Position numbers and translations under genes: made by a program. A stretch of 64,000 nt of DNA from Octopus vulgaris. Its lineage: Eukaryota. The notes beneath the pieces were generated by a model. It saw only the letters and a list, made by a program, of their open reading frames with translations, was not told the DNA's origin and searched no databases. Positions within the stretch are counted from its first letter, which is position 1. The number at the start of each line of letters is the position of its first letter. Below are positions 39,489-53,471 of this stretch, piece by piece. Where the stretch lies: NCBI GenBank assembly GCA_951406725.2, contig OX597828.1:26412001-26476000 (forward strand). Direction: 5' to 3'.

Positions 39489-40739
39489 GAGGAGGATAAA
39501 TAATAAGCCAAAATTATATATGTATCCTTGACATGGCTTGAAAAACAAAAATTATTTCTGTAATTTGACTTGACCGAAATATGAGAACTTTCATCATTTT
39601 GCTGCATAAGCACAATCAAAGGAATTTATTCTTTGAAAGAGAGAGAGAGAGATGTATAGAATGCCTGATTTGATTGACTTGCCCACAGTCTGATAAAATG
39701 TATAGAGCACTTGTATAAGAATTCCTTAGGACAGATGATGATGACCAAAGGCCATATTTGCCCCAGGTTGTTAACAGACTTGCAACGTGCTAAGACACAA
39801 GCAAGCAATTTGAGCTACAAACATGTCCATCTCTGCATTCTATTGCCATGGATCAGGTATAGTCTGTTGGCTTCAGGAACCAGGCATATCACCAGCAGTA
39901 GCAGCACTAACAACAACAACAACAACAGCAGCAGCAGCAGCAGCAGCAGTAGCAGTAGCGGTAGTAGTGGCCTGGCTAGAATAGAAGCAGTAAATAAATA
40001 TAGAAGGAAGAATGTGGTGGTATCAATAGTTGTGAATCTTGGCTACTTTCCATTTTAGCCTGGAGCAGTGGTGTTGTTACTGATGTACGAGAGTGTGGTG
40101 GAGGGGGAGGGGGAAGGGATAGAGAGCGAGAGAGAGAGAGAAGAGGAAAGAAAAAAACTTGGTTAGCAACACCAACCATTACAGACAAGCAACGATGCAA
40201 CATCTTTTGCCATGTTTAAAAACATTCAAACATCATTCTGACCAATGACCAGACCAAAAATATTTAAAAAAAAAATAAAAACTTCCACCATAGAAATGAT
40301 GATCTGGCCCTCACCTCTGATCCCACCCCACAACACAACTACTTTACCACCATCACCACCACCACCATCACCACCACCACCATCACCACTACCACATGCA
40401 CACATAAACCCACACGGCTTCAACCGTCCGACATTGCTGCAGTCAGTGGAACACTGCTCTCTTAAGATAAATACTACATCCTCCATTTCTTATCTGGAAG
40501 GAGAGAGGAAAATACTAAGCTTGTAACACAGATAAGAAATTTTTTTTGTTTGTTTTATTGTCTCCGCTTGTCTTTAATTTGTTTGCTTTATTTTCCTTTT
40601 TTTTTTTTTTTTGGCTTTTTGCAATCCAGAAATCCACATTGAGGATCCATTAACTGCTGCAGGAAGAATTATTGGTAGAGACTGCAGAGTTACTCCCAGA
40701 TCAACCATGCAGTCACTTTCTCAGAAACAACTGGGATGG

Positions 40740-40793
40740 TCAGATGGTCAATTGGCTGACCATTCCAAGAGAAAAATTGTCTGATTTAGTCAT
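40740..40793 (-). CDS. Candidate terminal exon ending ...NFSLGMVSQLTI*
   Basis: Acceptor tttactttttgtag| (phase 0) or a second AG 13 nt downstream (phase 1); end resembles 12614-12629. Confidence 0.3.
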   Translation of the reverse strand: MTKSDNFSLGMVSQLTI

Positions 40794-41292
40794 CTACAAA
40801 AAGTAAATAAATGAAACAAAAAACATTCCTAAAATTAGAAGACCATAATGACTACCAAAATTAGGGAACAGAATTATTTCTCTAAAGACAACCCCACCGG
40901 ACTATGGAAGTGTTGTGTTTTTGAAAATCTTTCTAGTGGATTCACATATTATTTAACTTGGAAGTCAATGAGAAATTACATTTCATGACAGAATTTCACA
41001 CATTATGGTAAGATTTTCAGAAGTATAATGCTTTTGTAAGATATTGGTGGCAGTGGTGGTGGTGGTGGTGGTGGTGGTGGAGTGTGCTTGTACACTTAAA
41101 ATTAGGATATTCAACAAACTCAGCCAAACCCTTTCTTTTTATTAAGAAAGATTTAGTCTCTTAGCACCTGGCATATAACCACCACCCCTTGCCTAATCCC
41201 ACCCCCTCAATCAGGGGTGATTTTCTCTTTCTTGTTCTTTTCTGTCTTGCAACCAACTTGGCAACCTCATTAATAAAAAAAAGAAAAACAAC

Positions 41293-41467
41293 AAAAGCAT
41301 CCAGTCCACTCTGTAAGGTGATTGGCATTAGGAAGGACATCCAGCCATAAAGAACTTGCCAAAGCAAATGTCAGAGCTTGGTACAGATCTGTGGCTTGCC
41401 AGATCCTGTCAACCCATCTAACTCATACCAGCATGCAAAACAGATGTTAAAGGATGATGAGGATGAT
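41293..41467 (+). mobile_element. Family C retroposon 3' part
   Basis: ttggcattaggaaggacatccagcc...cagatgttaaaggatgatg. Confidence 0.8.
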
Positions 41468-41734
41468 TGGTGTGTGTGTGTGTGTGAGTTTAATTATAAT
41501 TAGAGGTATTGCTGACAGATCAATAGCTATTGATTTGTCTGGGAAGATATTAATTGGATAGAACTGAACTGATCCCCACTTTCTCCCCTCTCCCCTCTAC
41601 ATTCAATACCAGAGCCGTCACTTACAAGGGATTCTGACCTGGCACCATGTACCATTCTTTTGTTATAGTTTTAGGCTCCTGTGTAACCATGACATAGATA
41701 TTTTTTCAGTCTTCCAATATTGGACCCAATAGAA

Positions 41735-41987
41735 CAAGGGTCCCAACAGCAAGGGCAAAGACCAATCTTGAACCAGGAATCATTTGGTACCAGGTCACAC
41801 TGAAACAATACATTTTTAAACTTTGTTTCTATTCTACAACTATCACAGCGTGTGCCTCTTTCTTGTGCTATTTAAAGTCAGTTTTTCATTTTTTTTTCAT
41901 GCACCAATAAATGTTTTTCTTTTGCACATGTGATCCTTCAGTCCATAGGAAAAAATTGTCTTGTATGAAAAAGGTTGGGAACTGCTG
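41735..41987. mobile_element. hAT (Charlie-like) MITE, about 253 bp
   Basis: Ends caagggtcccaac / gttgggaactgctg; 8-bp flanks caatagaa / cagtagaa with the central TAG typical of Charlie targets. Confidence 0.6.
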
Positions 41988-44584
41988 CAGTAGAATATCC
42001 AGTAGAATATCCATGGCAACTGGAGTGAGAGAAGGCTGCACTGGAAGTCAAGTGATGTTCATGACAGTGATTTTCAGTTGAGAAGACTGAAGCGACATCC
42101 GAAATGAGCTTGGACAAAGACAGAATAATAAGTCAGCCTGTCCAGGAATCAAACCAACAATAGTACAGTTGTCAGCCCAGCACTGTAACCACCATTGGCC
42201 TCTGGTCCATTATCAACAGCAGAGAGATGGGGATGTTATCAGTTGCAGGCAGAGAGTCCTTATGAACAGCAGAGACTCCAGTTGTATTTTAATCTCAGTT
42301 CTGTAAAGCTAGACTTGGACTCTGAACCAGAAATTTTGTAAAAGTGGTCTCTTCTGGATATTTCACTGGATATTTCGCTGCAACAGCAATTCCGTCATCA
42401 CCATTTATGATATTCCAACTACCACCACCAAAACAACTACCACTACCACCACTACTATTTTTCCTGCTACTGCTGCTCTTACTATTATTAACATAACCTT
42501 GACGAATAAATAACTAAATAGGAATTACAGAAAGCTCAATATAAGGAAGACTGACATTGGGGTAAGGGATGGAATTTAAGTTTGGAAAGGAGAGAACTAT
42601 AAAAAAGAATAAATGATGGGGAATGGAGAATCTAGTTAGAATTCTTTAAAAACAAAAACAAAAAGAACAAAAAAAAAAACAAATAGAAAAACATAAACTA
42701 GAAATAATAAACCAAAATAAAAAAAAATGCCTTTTAAGAAGAATATGGAAAGTGAAATGTGAAGTGGAATTAGCAATGAAATGCAGGAGATCTGAAGTGA
42801 TGAACTAATCCATTTCTAACAGGCAGTATCAATATTGTTCTGGTGCCATGAATAAAACTATCATACTGTAGCCCTAATTGGTCCTGAAAATTCTGAAGAG
42901 ATCTGTAGAATATGTAGGAATCCAGGAGAACTAGCAGGAAGGACCTACTTCAAGTCAAGTAGGTCAACAACTTTTATGTGGATTATCATCATCATCATCA
43001 TCATCATTGTCGTCGTCATTGCCTACTTCTACATTCGAGGTTTGTTTTGTGTGCATTCATTAAATAGACTCCACCATGTAGTGTTTTGAACCTACATGTG
43101 CACAGTAGCTACCAATGGCTTAGATATATATATGTCTATAATCTGTGTGTGTGTGCGTGCGCACGTGCTGATGAATATAGAAAAAAGCAGCATTGACAAT
43201 CTTTGGAATAATTCAAATCAATATTTAATTAGGACTCAGAGATATAAAAAAAATAATAAAATAAAATAATAAAAAAAGAACACAACAACAACAACCACAG
43301 CAAAGGACTTCTCAATGTCAACAACAAAACAATGTTCTTACTACTACTACTACTACTACTACTACTTGCAGAGAAAATTTAAAAAGACTTGGAGATCAGC
43401 ACATCAAAGATATCTGAAGATATCTTTGTTAATGAACAGAAAACTTTAAACTTTAAATCATAGTTTCAAGCAGTAGATGCTGTTTCAAATCGACCTACAA
43501 ACTCGCCTTCTTAGAAAGAGGACTTCACTGAATTTGATAAACAAATATAAAAAGGTGAAGTGAAAACTAATACATAGAAATATGCGATGCTGATGCATAC
43601 ACAAAATAGCCTCTTAGAGCAAACAAACCAATCTTAAGCCATCTTGCCATAATCTTGCCATAAACACCAAATTGTATCGACATAAATCAGTTTTTTTTTT
43701 CTTTCTGTTAATTTATGTAAGTTTTAAATGGATATCATTGCTATTATTATTATTGTTGTTGTTGATGTTGTTATTAGTACCAGTTGAATGTTGGGGTTGA
43801 TGTAATCGACTTATTCCCCTCCCCTCAAATTGCTGCCCTTGTTGTTGTTGTTATTATTATTATTATTATCACCATCATCACTGTTTTTTACTTTTAATCT
43901 GCATGTTGGATACAATCACTTACTGGGACGCACCAACACCCTAGGGGAAGTGAAAATTAAGACATGTTGAAATACAACTGAAAGCTTGGAGAGGGGAAGA
44001 TTGTTGTTGTTGTTGCTGCTGTTGTTGTTGTTAAGTACCTCTCTGGTACTGGAGCTGATGTAATAAACTAGCCCTCTACCCCAAAATATCAGGTTCCCTG
44101 CCTATAGTAGAAAAGATTATTATCATCATCATTATTATTATTATTGCTATTATTATCTACATATTAATACACTGAAGCGGAATGTGTTATGCTGTCACTT
44201 GGTTATTAGTAGAAGGGGAAGGTGATGAGTGAGAGGAAAAGACAGAGAAAGAAGTGTTAATGATATGAGGCAGGGGGAAAGCAATAGTTGTTAAGCAGTT
44301 AAAAATGAAAAAGAGAGAGAACATCAAAAAATTGTAAACACATGGTTGAAGGTTGCAACATTGGTGACATGAATATTCTCTGAAAGTATTTGTGAAACTC
44401 TTAGATCTATAAATGAACATCTGAACTACTGAGAGATTGGGAAAATAATGCAGAATATACAATTTCAAAAGAAACACCAATTTTTATGGTTTTATATAAA
44501 CTTCCAACCATCTAAAAAATTTTGTATTTACCACAGAGTTTTCCACAGGTACTGCAAGCTATTATTATTGTTATTACAATGACG

Positions 44585-44797
44585 ATGACAGTAGACTCGC
44601 AAAATCATTATCATGCTGGATAAAATGCTTAGTGGCATTTTATCAAGCTTTAATCTGCTGAGTTCAAATGCTGCTAAGGGCTGCTTTGCCTTTCACCTTT
44701 TCAGGGTCGATAAAATGAAGCACCAGACAAATACTGGGGTCAGGGAAATTGACTCTCCACTTACTTCAAAATTGTTGGCCTTCTGCCAAAACTAGAA
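44585..44797 (+). mobile_element. Diverged family B SINE
   Basis: aaaatgcttagtggcattt, gagttcaaat and ctttgcctttcaccttttcagggtcgataaaat. Confidence 0.8.
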
Positions 44798-44908
44798 TAT
44801 ATTTTATATATTTTTTTAATATTTTATATTTTATCTAGTTTTAGCTCACGAGCTGTGGCCATGCTGGGGCACCGCCATTCGGTGTTGATTACAATTATTA
44901 TTAGTAGT

Positions 44909-45322
44909 AGGAGTGGCTGTGTGGTAAGTAGCTTGCTTACCAACCACATGGTTCCAGGTTCAGTCCCACTGCGTGGCATCTTGGGCAAGTGTCTTCTGCT
45001 ATAGCCTCGGGCTGACCAAAGCCTTGTGAGTGGATTTGGTAGACGGAAACTGAAAGAAGCCTGTCGTATATATGTATATATATATATATGTGTGTGTGTA
45101 TATGTTTGTATGTCTGTGTTTGTCCCTCTAGCATTGCTTGACAACCGATGCTGGTGTGTTTACGTCCCCATTACTTAGCGGTTCGGCAAAAGAGACCGAT
45201 AGAGTAAGTACTGGGCTTACAAAGAATAAGTCCCGAGGTCAATTTGCTCGACTAAAGGCGGTGCTCCAGCATGGCTGCAGTCAAATGACTGAAACAAGTA
45301 AAAGAGTAAAAGAGTAAAGAGT
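44909..45322 (+). mobile_element. Full-length family A SINE
   Basis: Near-identical to 38607-39022; (AAAAGAGT)n tail. Confidence 0.92.
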
Positions 45323-45362
45323 ATTAGTTATTATTATTATTGTTGTTGTTGTTGTTAGTACT

Positions 45363-45548
45363 TAGGTCAGCAAGCTGGCAGTATCATAAGCACACCAGAC
45401 AAAATAGATAGAGACCTTTCTTCTGGTTCTTAACATCCCGAATCCAAATTCTGCTACATTTGACTTTCAGGGACGATAAAATAAGTATTGGTTAAGCACT
45501 GGGGGTCAATATAATCGACTCCTCCTGGTCTTGTGCCAGGATTAGAAA
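45363..45548 (+). mobile_element. Diverged family B SINE
   Basis: caagctggcagtatcataagc head; (ATT)n on both sides. Confidence 0.75.
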
Positions 45549-45762
45549 GAAAAATTATTATTATTATTATTATTATTAATATTATTATACAGAATATTAA
45601 ACAGAATATATTCCAATACATTAAACAGTCTTTTACAATTACAAATATACTCTGTGCAGTGCAACTATAAAAACACTATCCCACCAGAAATGGTTGGTAT
45701 GTAGTGACTACCATAACACAGAAATGTGGGTGTGGGTATGCATGCGTATACATGCATGTATG

Positions 45763-45796
<34 letters not shown>

Positions 45797-47637
45797 GTAG
45801 AGAAGTCAAAGGATACTGCTGTGTTTAACAGCAGAACTGTTTCCCAGTGAAGTAAAAAGCAGTGGAATTTATTAGATTAGCTAAAAGAATATATTTCATC
45901 TGGGAGGGGGGGTACTGAAGCTGTTCTGCTGTTTCGGATGAAACAGAACAGACCTGAATGTAACCATATTATATTAATACAATAATAATAATAATTTCTT
46001 TTGGACTAAGCACAATGCTAATTTTATTTAAGTGGAGAGAGAGAGAAGGAGAGAGAGATGCAATGTAGTCGGATCCTATTTTATTACTCAAAGTTATTAT
46101 TCCATCAATCCGGAGTCGGTTCCAGTGGGATCTGAATTTATAGAAGAGAAATTGAACAGCACAAGTAATTCACACCATCATTGTTTCTCTTGTAATAATG
46201 GTTTCTTCTTAGTTGAGGGTAAAAGAGGACAACATTTGTAAGTGAAAGATGGAATAGTCAACTGAATTGACTTTAATCCACATTATATAACTGGTATCAT
46301 TTTTTTTTTTTTTGAGATTGGCACTACAGTGAAGAAAGAAAAAAAAAGCCATCAACTAAGATGAGAATTTGAACTTAGAAACTGGTGATTTCTAGTGTAC
46401 TTTATATCCTATTGTGTCTCTAACATTAGCACAAGCCTCTTAATTTCTAAAGATGGGGAATGAGTAAGATTGAGTAAATCAACTTTCTATTTTTGTTACG
46501 TATTACACAGACAGTACCTATTCATCAACACTACAGGGAAGGAAACTTAAGCGAATCCTGGTAGAATCTGAACACAGAATGTTAAAATCCACTAGCATAC
46601 CTAGCACTTGGGAGGATGAAAAGCAGAGTTTCACCAGGCAGTGGGACTGAACCTGAAACCATATAGTTGTGAACTGGACTCCTTAACCACATAGCCATGC
46701 CTCTGCCTAACAACACGATTTTACATCTTTTCTCAGTGAAGAAGAAATAAGCATCACCAAAGAAGGAAGCAAATTACTCTTGAAAGCGATCAGGGGTCTC
46801 AGTCTTCAAATGTTGAAAAGTAAATGTAGTAGATATAGTAGTGGTGGTGGTGATGGTGGTGGTAGTAGTAATAGAGGAAAACTTCATTTCTACCAGAATA
46901 AAAAGAACCTTTTCATCTACTCTGCCAGAAAAATTAAGTAAATACACATACACACACACACACACGTACATATACATAGTGTAATTTTCCTTCTGCTATA
47001 GACAATATATGGCATTGTATTCTGTACCAGTGCATGGAGTACCCACTTCATAAGGTGAATAGAAGGCAACAGTGAAATCTAAATATTGCATTTTCTGGAT
47101 TGGAAAACAACAAACTACCTTTTGTTGTTGTAGTAGTAGTAGTAGTAGTAGTAGAAGAGAAGAAGAAGAAGAATAGATACATCAATTATCCCAAAATTAC
47201 CAGCCAGAAAGTCTAATGACAATTGTTTCTAAGAGGAACCTATGGAGGAAGAACCTGAAGGCTCTACATCAATGACCGTCCCAGGAATAACGGACAGAAA
47301 AGATGGACATCATTTGAGACTTGGTCAAGCCTGACTCAGCAGAACTATGACCATAGTTTGTTACAAAGTTGGATCCATGATCACACCAAAGACGTTATAG
47401 CAAAAACTGTTTTATCCAACATGTCCTTCCTTTTTGAAGAACGTACAGGTGTCTTTTGGGAGACTTGGCTGCTATCTCTAGTCTGTAAAACAGCCATAGA
47501 CATGAGACATGGCTCATCATCAGGTGGGTCACTTTCCTAAAATAAATTCAAGGTAATATTTCTTTAGCTGTGCCGATTCAGAAAGCGCCATGAGTTGCAG
47601 TTTCCCGAAGACCAATGTCGATTGTTTCACATTGGTT

Positions 47638-47797
47638 CATCATCATCATCATCATCATCATCGTTTAACGTCCGTTTTCCGTGCTAGCACGGGTTGGACA
47701 GTTCGACCGGGGTCTGGGAAGCCAGGGGCTGCACCAGGTTCCAGTCTGATCTGGCAGTGTTTCTACAGCTGGATGCCCTTCCTAACGCCAACCACTC
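47638..47797 (-). mobile_element. Young family C 3' fragment
   Basis: (cat)n-cgtttaacgtccgttttccgtgctagc...ctggatgcccttcctaacgccaaccac. Confidence 0.88.
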
Positions 47798-48151
47798 ATG
47801 ACAAAAGAAATTTATTACTGCAACATGTTTTATTCACTGTCTGATGGACATTAGAAGAAGAGTAACAGGAGAAAGGCAGAATTTGAACTTCTGACAAGGA
47901 AGCAATCCAACCAATCATCCAGTCATCTAGCTTTGATTGCAACTAAATTTGTACTATTACAACTGGAAATTATGATAGCAATCATGGAAAGGGTGAAAGC
48001 CAAGGAACCAAACTCCCAACAGGAATTAAAATTCTAAATAATGAGGCAGTTGAGCCTTAACTGATAAATGTGAATAGATCCAGTTAAAGTTTTTACTCAA
48101 AGCTACACTATCGTATCTTTCTATTCACCAATGTGGTGATGCTGATAATGA

Positions 48152-48183
<32 letters not shown>

Positions 48184-48957
48184 ATGATGATAATAATGCT
48201 TATAATCTAATTGCTAAATGCAATGCATCATCTAATAACAAACAGTATCAGAGCTAATTCTGAAAAATTTCCAATCCAGATAATAATAATAACAACAATA
48301 ATAACAATAATAATAATAATAATAATAATAATGATAATAATAATAATAATAATAATAAAAAACAAAAATCTACTGCAACATGTTATCCCAAAATGCTATA
48401 TCTTAATATTTAATTATAAAAATGCTTCACTGAAGCAAAACACTATTATATCCAATTGTAAGCAGTAACTCCTAAATGTAGTTTATAGTTGAAAAAATAA
48501 CTAATCAACCCTTCGCCACTGCCACCACCACCACCGCCACCACCGCTGCCGCTGCCGCCACCACCATCATCACCGTTCAATGTCATGTATATGTTACAGA
48601 TCAATAGCCAATCAAAAAAGTCAGTGAATTGCTAAACCAAGTTAGTTCACTGGATTAGGTTATGCTTCTTCTTATTTTTTTTCTTTCTTTTCTTTTTTTC
48701 TTTCTTTTATTACCGATGCGAGCCACCAGTGTGGTGCAATGGTAAAGTTCACATGAAAAAAAAAAAGGAAAGAAAGAAAAGAACAAAGAATATATGACCT
48801 GGTTTTGATTCTGAGCAAGAACTACAATGATAAAAAGAGAGGAAAAAGAGATGAACACAGGAACTCATTTACTTTTTACTCCCTTTTAGCTCTGCATTCA
48901 CTATATATATATACATATGTATATATATATATATATACAGAGAGAGATGAATTAAGT

Positions 48958-49215
48958 GTAGGCCTGGCTGTGTGGTAGGAAGTTTGCTTCCCAACCACAT
49001 GCATTTCAGTTCAGTCTCACTGTCTGGCACCTTGGCCAAACGTCATCAACTCAAGATCAAGGCTGACCAAAAGCCTTGTGAGTGGATTTGGCAGATGGAA
49101 ACTGAAAGAAGCCTCTTTATATATATATGTGTGTGTGTGTGTGTGCATGCATGCATGTGTTAATGTTTCCTTGCCTTCACATTGCACAATGTCTGTAAAC
49201 AAAATGTCACTGCCA
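48958..49215 (+). mobile_element. Diverged family A SINE
   Basis: tggctgtgtggtagg head; gaccaaaagccttgtgagtggatttggcagatggaaactgaaagaagcc. Confidence 0.82.
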
Positions 49216-52200
49216 TGCAACTATTTTCCAGGAGATGAAAAGGTTCTGCTCCAAGTCATAATCAATGTTCGCATTAGGACGACCCTTCGGAATTCACTAC
49301 AGACTACTTCAATACACTGTTTCAGGTTAGCCATCACATACATATATGTATTATAATTATCCCTTTATGTACAAACAGACCAAGTTAATGGTATGTGTAA
49401 TGGTACACGGAGGTAAAAATTATAATTGAAGGCCCACATCACAAATGAACAAAAAAGAAAACAAACTAGTTATTCCAAGACTCACTCTTTCTTCAGTTGG
49501 TGAAGACATACCAGTTATATTAATTAGACAACAATTTCCTATTATATTAGCAATGCCAATTAATAAATCAAAATCCTGTGAGCAAATATTTGAGAAGGTT
49601 CACTTATATTTATGAGAACATGGGCAACTATACGTCTTTGGGGTTTCCAGAGTTGAATACACACACACACAACAAACAACTAACAAAACACAAAACTGAC
49701 AAGCTACAATCATACACAAAGCATTAAGTTTGCCGTCATTTACACACAAACTCACAAAATGTGAAAAATTTTCATTTCTTGACCATTCATTTTCCCCTTC
49801 TCTCGTTTTGCTCATTTCATTTCTTTCAATATTTCAATTCCATTTGGTTTTTATCAACGGTTAAAAAAAAAAATAATAATTTCCTAGGACAGCACAGAGT
49901 ATCCAGTTATGTACCAGTTAAAAGCACATTCCAAGAGACTTCTACATTCAAAAGCCAATATGCGAAATTTCATTCATTCCTTTACCTTTCCATTTCTAAC
50001 GCCACTTCTTCAAGATTCACAGAAAACTACGTAATAGCAGCAAGTTTCCCTATTAAAAACAGCCAAACATTATTCTTCCCTGAATACAAAAACTGCTGCT
50101 AGAGGATTACAATTCCAATTCCATGCAAATTTCATCACAAGGTACATTTTCTTCATTCATTTGTCAGTCCCTAATTAGTTTCATTTGTGTTTTTCTTTTT
50201 TTTTTTTTTTCATTTCAGCCAATTCAAAGATTGTTGTAATATCCATGTCTGTCCCTTTCACACTTGAACAATATTTGACTACAACCAGAAGCAAAAGAAA
50301 CTATTATTTCTGTACACATCACCAGGAACCATTCTGGGACACGAACTACAACCAACTGCCATCATATAATAAACAAACTTCATTCCTTCATCCTTCATTT
50401 TCTCTTTTCTGTTTCAATACTGACTTTCCATAGAAATTAGCCACCAACAACTAACAAACAGAATTCAAATTATGAGATATGTTAATCATCAACACCTTAT
50501 AAAAACCAGAAGGGGGTTACAGCATCAAGTATCAAAAATTTCGATATGGCTGGAATGCTTTTGATCAGATTCATTCCAGCCTTGCCCACTCCATCATTTT
50601 AGGTTACATCTAAGATTGCATTATTCCAGGACTCCTTGACACGATAGGGGGTGACTTGACTGCTATTTCTCACATGATTATAAACCATGTAAAAGCATCA
50701 ACTATCAAAACATATCTAAAATGCATAAACAAGTAAGAAACTCACTGTTTGGGTCCTGAAACTTTTAATTTGTTGTGGTTTATATTTCATTTTATTAAGG
50801 AAGATGTTCTTTCAAATACAAATCAAATAAAAACTTCAAATAACAAACAAAAAGGTACTGTAGCGTAAACTGCCTTAACCATAATCAGTTTTTTTTTATT
50901 ATTGAAAAATACATGCTATAGGAATATATAAAACACTGACAATGATCTCAAAGCAAAACACTATCTTCAAGATAGCGTGTTTGCACTAACGTGTGTGTGT
51001 GTGTGTAAGAAAGAGACATGGAAAATACAAACACATTTCACATACAAATACTATCATGGGGGTATTACTATTTAATATAATTGTATTTTCTTCTTTTAGT
51101 CTGCCATTTCTCCAGTTTTCTTTTGTGGGAGGGGGGGTGCTTTTTTCTTTTTCTTTTTCTTTTTCTAAAAAAGAAATATTTTTCAAGCTTTTTCCAAAGA
51201 AAGAGAACAGTTTAAGTGGAATACTAAACGGAAAAAGATTTTTCATTGCTGTGATTTCCTTCTATGTAAATTGCCTTGTTAGTGGTGCACTAAAACTTTT
51301 TAAACACCTACAGAGTGCCTGCAATAAGACACCTTCAGTTTCCATTTATCTTCTTTCAGTCAAGCAATATGACTGTGGGCAGAACAGCTCCAGTTCTGAC
51401 TCGTTCTGAAAGGACTCCGTTGGAGGTCCATGTTCATTTTGCTCTACAACTTGCCATGACTGATCAAGGCTTTAAATACACAGCGTTTCTTCTATTCTGT
51501 TCCACTTTATTTTATTTTTTCAAACAAAGATTATAGCTGAGCTGTAATAGAATTTTGTCGTAGTAGATTTCAACAGCAAAACTAGTCAACAATTTGATCA
51601 ATGAATTCCTTTTAGTCTTTTATGCATCTGTTTAAAGGCGGGAAATAATCAAATATTCCTTTAGACTGGTGAATATTTTCAACTGTCCTATCTAAAAAAT
51701 ATAATCATAATAACTACAGTAATTTAATTGTGAGTGTAAGAATGCAGATGGGGTAGGTGGGTGGACGGAGAATATCTATTCTAAAAGAGAGCGCGTTGGT
51801 AATGAAGTTATAGAGAATGAATGATTATAAAGATTGTTAAGATTTTTAACTCTTCTCTTTTTGTATTATATATTTGTTGTATAACTCCTAGTTAAAATTT
51901 CATTGCCAAAAAATTCTGTGTGTGTGTGTGTGTGTGTGTATATATCATTTTTCAAATGGAATTTTAACTAAGGTTCTTACAAAATTAAAAAAAACTCAAA
52001 ACTATTTTTTCATTAAATCACCAAAATCTAGTGAAAAAACCAAATATATAAAAATCTCTTGTAAATTACGCACACACAAATAAGGATCTGCAGAGAGACA
52101 AAATAAGGGATAAACAATATATAAATAATTTACAGATAAAAATTAATAGTTGTACAAGACAGCTTGGAAGATTTCCTATTTAGATAAATAATAATTTAAT

Positions 52201-52671
52201 GAGAAGACAAGAAATATGCAAAATAACAAACACTGAAAATGTGTGGCTTTAATGATGGTGGTGGTGGTGGAGGTGGTGGTGGTGGTCACGTGGTGGTCAG
52301 GTGGTGGTGGTGGTGTCAGAAAAGAAATACAATTTTATGATACGATAATCTTAGAAATTTAAACATGCTTTCAGATTTTTAAAATAGATTGTGTAACTAG
52401 AATTGCTGAGTATCTATTGGTGATATATCGGTTCTACTCTAAAGTAGTATTAGCAAGATCCTGGTTGAAGAAGGAGTTGCCAAGTAACAAAAAACAAAAA
52501 ACAAAAAACAAAAACAAAGCTAAAAATATGTAATGCAACAGACAAACTAAAATAATCTTTGGATTTTGCATCATGGGACCAGCAGAGTGATGTGTTTAAG
52601 ATAGATCGGAACTTTGGACAGTACTGTCCACCTAACTGCAATTAAATATCACAGCATGTATATTTTATAAT

Positions 52672-52773
52672 AGCTTATTTTGTTGAGTTTGATGGAAAGT
52701 GTCAGCTGCCCGTAGGCAGCAGACTAAGGTGACACTTGTTTACTGGTCATGCTTCAAGAACCCTGCAAAGAAT
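52672..52773 (-). mobile_element. Second copy of the R4/Dong element 3' terminus
   Basis: About 100 bp highly similar to 53487-53588. Confidence 0.8.
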
Positions 52774-52949
52774 AGCAGAGTAAAACGGAGGAGTGGCTTG
52801 TTGACTTACAGTGTTGGATTCAACACTGCCCACAGGAAAAGTTCAGCTTCTGACAGAGTTATTGTTGTATCTGTTTTTACATCCATCTGGCATGATCAAT
52901 ACTAGAAGTCCATCAAAGTTAACATTAATAATAATAATAATGATGATAA

Positions 52950-53112
52950 TTTCAAATTTTGGCACAAGGCCAGCAATTTGGGGGAGGGGGTGAATTACAT
53001 TGGCCCCAGTGCTGAATTGATCCTTATTTTATCAACACTGAAAGGATGAAAGGCAAAGTCAACCTCAACAGAATTTGAACTCAGAACATAAAGACTGGCA
53101 AAATGCCACTAA
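52950..53112 (-). mobile_element. Family B SINE, 5' truncated
   Basis: aaaggatgaaaggcaaagtcaacctc...atttgaactcagaac. Confidence 0.85.
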
Positions 53113-53471
53113 AAAGAAAGAAAAAAAAAAACCTACTTATGCATCATAGCTCTGTCACACCCAGTTCTATCAGAGCCTTTGGAAAATTGAATCCAGAATT
53201 ACTGAAGTCGCTGGATGTTTGTCCATCTTTACTTTCATAGCACAAAATTATTTTGTGAAACATCATCATTAATAGAAGGAAAAGATTTATGATTAATATT
53301 CATTATTATTATTATTATTATTATCATTTCTTAATTTAATATTTTCACACCTTCATGTAACCCCCCTATATCCTATTGTATTATAGTATCCTTTATTGTC
53401 CTCAATCAATTTGTGAATTCTTAGTGGCTTATAAAGAAATCAACATTATCATCCATCATTATTATTATTAT

